The notes beneath the pieces are model-generated. The model was not told where the DNA came from. It saw only the letters and a program-made list of their open reading frames with translations, and did not search any database. Of a stretch of DNA of 9,240 nucleotides, positions 5,081 through 9,240 are shown one piece after another (the stretch's first letter is position 1; each line of letters starts with the position of its first letter). Position numbers and translations under genes: made by a program. Source of the DNA: Escherichia coli (GTDB lineage Bacteria > Pseudomonadota > Gammaproteobacteria > Enterobacterales > Enterobacteriaceae); NCBI RefSeq assembly GCF_003334385.1, contig NZ_QOWN01000070.1. One strand, given 5' to 3'.

Positions 5081-6100
5081 TCAGGCCAGCACACCAATTG
5101 CCAGCGCACGATCGATAAAACGAAATATCAACTCCAGCTGGGAGCCATACTTCTCTTCAAATGCCACGGTATCCGCATGCAGCTCGTCGTGATGCTTTCT
5201 GCACAAAGGCAACACAAAGAGATCATGCGCTTTTGTACCCATTCCCCCCTGACCGTGGCCTATCAGATGGTGGGGATCATCAGCAGGCTTTCCACAACAT
5301 GCACACGGCTGCGTCTTAACCCAGCGCGTGTACTTTTCATTAACCCAGCGGCGACGTTTGGGGCGTAACATAAAAGACTCCGGCGACTCCGGATCCACTT
5401 TCAGCGCCAGCACCTTTTTCGCTTTATCCTGGATGATGCTGGTGGCAGGAACCGAAGGCACAAGGTCACTTTCCCGGGTGACAGACGGCACAACAGGCTT
5501 CGGTAATCTCAGTGCCTTACGGGCTGCACTTTCCGGTAAGGCATCCGCCAGGTCATTACGAATCAGCCACCAGCACAGTTCCGGCATTGTCACAACGTGA
5601 CTGTCATCAAAACCAAGATCACGGCGCACAACAGATAACACCCAGCGGGCACAGTTATCCGTTGCCATTGCTTCCAGCCGTTCCGTGAACTGGTCACGGA
5701 GAAGATTGTCACAGTGCCAGCACAGACGGATTGCACCCGGCGCGTGTCGCATTGTGGTCATGTTCTCGCTGTGCCATCCGGAATGAGGCCACTGACAGCC
5801 CTTTTCACGAAGTAACCAGCTTTCAAGACATTCCACCCCACCAGTACAACGAATAACTGCCTCATTGCGGAACACGGCCCGAACGGCAGGATCATCCGCC
5901 AGCGGTTGTGATGCTGCCGGAACGGCACCGCTGGCGAAAGATGAATAACGTTCCGGCTCAGGCTCCAGCAGGACACGCCCCTGCATAAACAGGGGCATCA
6001 GCTCTGAACCGGGCCTGAACAATACAATCCCCATACGCGGGGCAATTTCAGGGGTCAGCAGTGCTCTCACGGTCACCTCAGCAAACGATATTGAATGCAT
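5081..6100 (-). CDS. DUF968-like phage protein with a C-terminal Cys/His (HNH-like) motif
   Basis: ORF track, 339 aa, ATG start. The C-terminal motif CACCGKPADDPHHLIGHGQGG...LPLCRKHHDELH resembles the YdfU/DUF968 family found just upstream of Q in E. coli prophages. From memory. Confidence 0.7.
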   Translation of the reverse strand: MHSISFAEVTVRALLTPEIAPRMGIVLFRPGSELMPLFMQGRVLLEPEPERYSSFASGAVPAASQPLADDPAVRAVFRNEAVIRCTGGVECLESWLLREKGCQWPHSGWHSENMTTMRHAPGAIRLCWHCDNLLRDQFTERLEAMATDNCARWVLSVVRRDLGFDDSHVVTMPELCWWLIRNDLADALPESAARKALRLPKPVVPSVTRESDLVPSVPATSIIQDKAKKVLALKVDPESPESFMLRPKRRRWVNEKYTRWVKTQPCACCGKPADDPHHLIGHGQGGMGTKAHDLFVLPLCRKHHDELHADTVAFEEKYGSQLELIFRFIDRALAIGVLA

Positions 6101-6121
6101 ACAGAGAAAAAAACTCAGTCA

Positions 6122-6379
6122 TCACGCAGTAAACTCCTTCACCAGTATTTCAAACTGGCTTACCTGTCCTTCCAGTTCCGCCACGCAATCCACCAGCTCA
6201 TCCACCGCCTTTTGTGTGCGGTGTTTTGCCTGCAGCAGATCACGAAGCGCCGGAGTAAGCTGCTTGCGGAGCGTATCTTTTTTCACGCTCGTTTTTTCCA
6301 TCTGTTCAGCACAACGAAGCATCTCCTGCGCCTGCCGACGAAGTTGTTCCGGTGAAACAGTGATTGTTCTGTTGTTCAA
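6122..6379 (-). CDS. Hypothetical small phage protein (85 aa, predicted helical)
   Basis: ORF track; TTG start overlapping the helicase stop (TTGA), with GGAG about 8 nt upstream; no in-frame ATG until residue 20. Charged, helix-like composition. No family recognised. Confidence 0.45.
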   Translation of the reverse strand: MNNRTITVSPEQLRRQAQEMLRCAEQMEKTSVKKDTLRKQLTPALRDLLQAKHRTQKAVDELVDCVAELEGQVSQFEILVKEFTA

Positions 6380-7776
6380 AATAAACGCTCCGTTTTACTG
6401 CCCGACATGCGGTTATTGCTGTATCTGCGCGGATTGCCCGGCGTCATGGGTGTGGAAAGAACCCGGGCACTCTCCTGGTCCACAGGCAGAAAATGTCCGT
6501 TATGAAAACGCCGGTAAATGGTCCCGAGCGTGCCATTACGCTGTTTCGTGATGTTGATTTCTGCTATGCCTCTGGCCTGAGTTTCCGGGTTGTATACCTC
6601 ATCCCTGTAAAGCATCAGAATGATGTCGGCATCCGCCTCGATTTCCCCGGAGTTTTTCAGGTCCGAGTTCATTGGGCGTTTATTGGGTCTGGATTCCACG
6701 CCGCGGGAGAGCTGGCTCAGAGCAATCAGCGGAAAACCGCCGGATTTTGCCAGGCTTTTAAGTCCCTTTGAGATTTCCCCCACCGCAAGGTCGTGACGCC
6801 CCGTGCTGCGGGTTTTAATCAGGCCGAGGTAATCGACCACCACCAGCGCCGTTTCCGGGTGTTTCATCCGGTGGTGCTTCGTGGTTGCACATATCTCATC
6901 AATGGTCAGGTTTGCCTGGTCCACCATCCAGATATTACGCCCCGTCATTCGTCCCACGCCCTGCGAGAAACGCGCCCAGTCTTCATCTTCAAAACGGGCA
7001 ACAGACTTAAGACGGGATACCGGCATTCCACCGGCAGCAGACACCATACGTTCACCAATCTGGATGTTCGCCATCTCCATGGTGAACAGAAGCACGCCAT
7101 GCCCCTGCTCAGTCACCTTGTCGATGATGTCCAGCGCAAGTTCGGTTTTCCCCATCGAAGGACGGGCGGCAATGAATACCAGGTCTCCGGGCTCCATACC
7201 GCCCGTTTTTGCGTCCAGTTCATCAATACCGGTCATCAGCGCCCTGGATTTCTCCAGTCCCTGATTGCGGCATTCAACACGGTCGACCACTTCCGGAAGG
7301 ACATCATCAATGTGAACCGGCTGAATGACGCCCTTTCCGGTCGACAGTGAGGCCATCATGTTCTGCACATCCTTCAGGGCATCCTCGGCTGCTTCACAGG
7401 TATACGCATCACGTAAATTCTGTAATGCTTCAGTCAGTGTTTTTTCTGCATCGCGCAGTGCGGCATTGCGCCGCAACGCTGCGACATAGTGCTCCAGTGA
7501 AGACTTCACCCAGGTTTTGCGTCCGGTGTCGGTAATCACCGGGGCAAGTTCCGGCATCTCATTGCACAGCAGTACGGGGTCAATGACGCCGGATATGCGA
7601 GCCTGTCTGCAAATCCCCGCGTAAATATCCCGGTACTGACGCACAAAAAATACATCCGCCGGAAGTGTGGCCAGAATATCCATCACTTCCGGATCGGCCC
7701 CACGCAGAAAAAACGCACCGATGACAGCGCCTTCCAGGTCATCGTTACGCCATGCCGGGGTGTTCTGGCTGGTCAT
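6376..7776 (-). CDS. DnaB-family replicative DNA helicase (phage-encoded)
   Basis: ORF track, 466 aa, ATG start with GGAGGTG 7 nt upstream. Walker A ARPSMGKT, and the block ALSQLSRGVESRPNKRPMNSDLKNSGEIEADADIILMLYRDEVY closely parallels E. coli DnaB ([44 protein letters not shown]). Confidence 0.9.
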   Translation of the reverse strand: MTSQNTPAWRNDDLEGAVIGAFFLRGADPEVMDILATLPADVFFVRQYRDIYAGICRQARISGVIDPVLLCNEMPELAPVITDTGRKTWVKSSLEHYVAALRRNAALRDAEKTLTEALQNLRDAYTCEAAEDALKDVQNMMASLSTGKGVIQPVHIDDVLPEVVDRVECRNQGLEKSRALMTGIDELDAKTGGMEPGDLVFIAARPSMGKTELALDIIDKVTEQGHGVLLFTMEMANIQIGERMVSAAGGMPVSRLKSVARFEDEDWARFSQGVGRMTGRNIWMVDQANLTIDEICATTKHHRMKHPETALVVVDYLGLIKTRSTGRHDLAVGEISKGLKSLAKSGGFPLIALSQLSRGVESRPNKRPMNSDLKNSGEIEADADIILMLYRDEVYNPETQARGIAEINITKQRNGTLGTIYRRFHNGHFLPVDQESARVLSTPMTPGNPRRYSNNRMSGSKTERLF

Positions 7777-8672
7777 GCGGCAACACCTCCGATACGAGAA
7801 CGGTAGCTGGGCCAGTTAAACGACAACCAGTTGCGCCCGTCATCGGTGATCCTGTCGGCAATCCGGGGACTGATGAACGCCCACAATTCTTCCGGTGAAA
7901 GATTGCTGATCAAGATAGTTGGCAAAATACCCTCATACCGGGCATTGATAATTTCCTGCAAAATGGCCATTTCAGCCGCACTGCCAAACTGAACGCCGAC
8001 TTCGTCGACAATCAGCAAATCCAGTGACGCATAATGCTCAATGACGTCATCCGCTGTTTTTTCACTGTCATTCCGCCAGCAGTTTTTCACAGCCCGGGTA
8101 AGGCGCATCACGTCGGTGATCTCCACACTGGCCAGATAGTTACGGATGATGTGTTTTGCCATTGATACCGCCAGATGATTTTTCCCGGTACCGCAACTGC
8201 CGGTCATAACAAGACTGGTACCGTTCTCCAGCATATCTGGCCAGTTCTCCGCATAGCGGCGACAGGCCGCAAGATTTCTGGCTGCGTCAGGATTAACCTC
8301 CAGATAATTATCAAACTCGCAGTCCCGAAAACGCAGAGCAATTCCGGCGTTATCAGTCAGTTCTTCCGCCTTGAGGGACGACAGTTCCATGGTCAAATCA
8401 CTGGCCTCAGCGATCAAGCAGTCAGGGCAGCATGAAATTTTTTCTCTGTCCTCGCCATTACGATCGATCCACACCAGTATATGCGTACGATATTTACCGT
8501 GTTTTTCGCAATATCCGCGACCTTCACGCATCAGGCAGGAACGATAAGGCCATGGCTTTTCGCCCTTCTGAGCAAATGCAATCTCTGCCCGTAACTCATC
8601 CATTTCTGCCCGTAAATCATCCATTCGCGCCTGTAGTCTTGTTTGTTTCTCACGTTGGTCAATCGTCATCAT
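7773..8672 (-). CDS. DnaC-like helicase loader (AAA+ ATPase)
   Basis: The ORF track calls 7773..8681 from a GTG. I prefer the ATG at 8670-8672, with GAGGTGA about 5 nt upstream. Walker A GSCGTGKNHLA, Walker B LLIVDEVG, and C-terminal FNWPSYRSR (E. coli DnaC has FNWDSYRSR). The stop overlaps the helicase start (ATGA). Confidence 0.85.
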   Translation of the reverse strand: MMTIDQREKQTRLQARMDDLRAEMDELRAEIAFAQKGEKPWPYRSCLMREGRGYCEKHGKYRTHILVWIDRNGEDREKISCCPDCLIAEASDLTMELSSLKAEELTDNAGIALRFRDCEFDNYLEVNPDAARNLAACRRYAENWPDMLENGTSLVMTGSCGTGKNHLAVSMAKHIIRNYLASVEITDVMRLTRAVKNCWRNDSEKTADDVIEHYASLDLLIVDEVGVQFGSAAEMAILQEIINARYEGILPTILISNLSPEELWAFISPRIADRITDDGRNWLSFNWPSYRSRIGGVAA

Positions 8673-8682
8673 CGCTGTCACC

Positions 8683-9240
8683 TCAGAATGTCAATTTGTT
8701 ACTGGATTTACCAAATTTGTCAGACATGGCTCCCAGGCCAGCCAGGACATCGACCTGTCGCTGTCGCCCACCTCCGTGAGCGGCTGGCTGTTGCCAGTAA
8801 TCTTCGAAGTGACGATCGGGTCCAAAGAACGTCGCAGCCTGCTTCACGAACTGTGTGCCGGTATTTCCTGTAGCACGTACCCAGGCGGCATACCGCTTCA
8901 CGCCATCAAGCATGGTCTCCGGTTTTATTCCCTCCCTGATACGGGCTTTCCAGGCTTTGAAGGCTGCTGACTTGGAATTGCCACCAGCACGTTTGGGATA
9001 TTCCTGCCAGGCCTGTTCAAATTCCGGTGAATATTCCTGTCTGGCAGAACGCGCTGGTGCAGACGCGTCAGCGGATGCGCCAATAGTGTTTTTAGTCTCC
9101 GTTGTAATCTCTGTAGTAATCTCTGTATTTGTATCAACATTCGGCGTATCCCCTGTTCCGTTACGACGTCGGGGGGTGTTCCGTTTTAACGTAATAGCTG
9201 TATCGCTGATTGCATTATTGCTGTTACTTTCTGGCGAAAC
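8683..9240 (-). CDS. Phage replication initiator (O-like replisome organiser), C-terminal part; 5' end lies beyond the window
   Basis: I translated the minus strand by hand from 9240 down to the stop at 8683-8685 and found no in-frame stop. The track's 76-aa ORF (8683..8913) is the tail of this frame. The C-terminal sequence EFEQAWQEYPKRAGGNSKSAAFKAWKARIREGIKPETMLDGVKRYAAWVRATG...FFGPDRHFEDYWQQP resembles the conserved C-terminal domain of lambdoid replication proteins. It sits immediately upstream of the DnaC-like gene. Confidence 0.7.
   Translation of the reverse strand, partial: VSPESNSNNAISDTAITLKRNTPRRRNGTGDTPNVDTNTEITTEITTETKNTIGASADASAPARSARQEYSPEFEQAWQEYPKRAGGNSKSAAFKAWKARIREGIKPETMLDGVKRYAAWVRATGNTGTQFVKQAATFFGPDRHFEDYWQQPAAHGGGRQRQVDVLAGLGAMSDKFGKSSNKLTF
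9104..9127. repeat. Perfect tandem 12-mer (GTAATCTCTGTA x2) inside the O-like gene; candidate iterons
   Basis: 9104-9115 is identical to 9116-9127, with partial copies on both flanks. A 9-mer TGTTCCGTT also recurs at 9155-9163 and 9177-9185. The tandem encodes the TEITTEITTE linker on the minus strand. Confidence 0.55.

Noticed and set aside
5177-6551. Short ORFs in alternative frames within the DUF968 and 85-aa gene region (5177..5368, 5328..5600, 5758..5976, 6095..6355, 6216..6551)
   Set aside because: They are nested in or antisense to longer ORFs with recognisable motifs; GC-rich coding DNA commonly yields such open frames.
6493-8970. Plus-strand ORFs antisense to the helicase, loader and initiator genes (6493..6771, 6793..7350, 6881..7264, 7347..7535, 8175..8435, 8432..8779, 8643..8873, 8776..8970)
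   Set aside because: Antisense to genes with strong DnaB, DnaC and initiator signatures; no independent support.
8925-9140. 71-aa minus-strand ORF
   Set aside because: An alternative frame inside the O-like gene; its Arg/Leu-rich low-complexity translation looks like an out-of-frame read.

Overview
This window reads as the early-right to late junction of a lambdoid prophage (Enterobacteriaceae-like), with the phage backbone on the minus strand. From high to low coordinates: a replication module (O-like initiator, 5' end outside the window; DnaC-like loader; DnaB-family helicase), an 85-aa ORF, a DUF968-like Cys/His protein, and a Q-type antiterminator. Downstream of Q sits about 3.7 kb of apparent cargo: an AT-rich two-gene cassette on the opposite (+) strand (2335-4727), then a small winged-helix ORF and a YdeO/AppY-like AraC-family regulator on the minus strand. 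Further down are three minus-strand tRNA or tRNA-like genes (anticodons CAU, UCG?, UCU) arranged like the ileZ-argN-argO cluster of lambdoid phages, and two copies of a ~180-bp structured repeat, all punctuated by minus-strand intrinsic terminators. The most interesting element is the AT-rich cassette: a zinc-ribbon plus NdpA/YejK-like protein followed by a predicted membrane protein, which I propose as a candidate undescribed phage-defence or exclusion module. All homology statements rest on motif recognition from memory; no database search, folding or GC computation was run.
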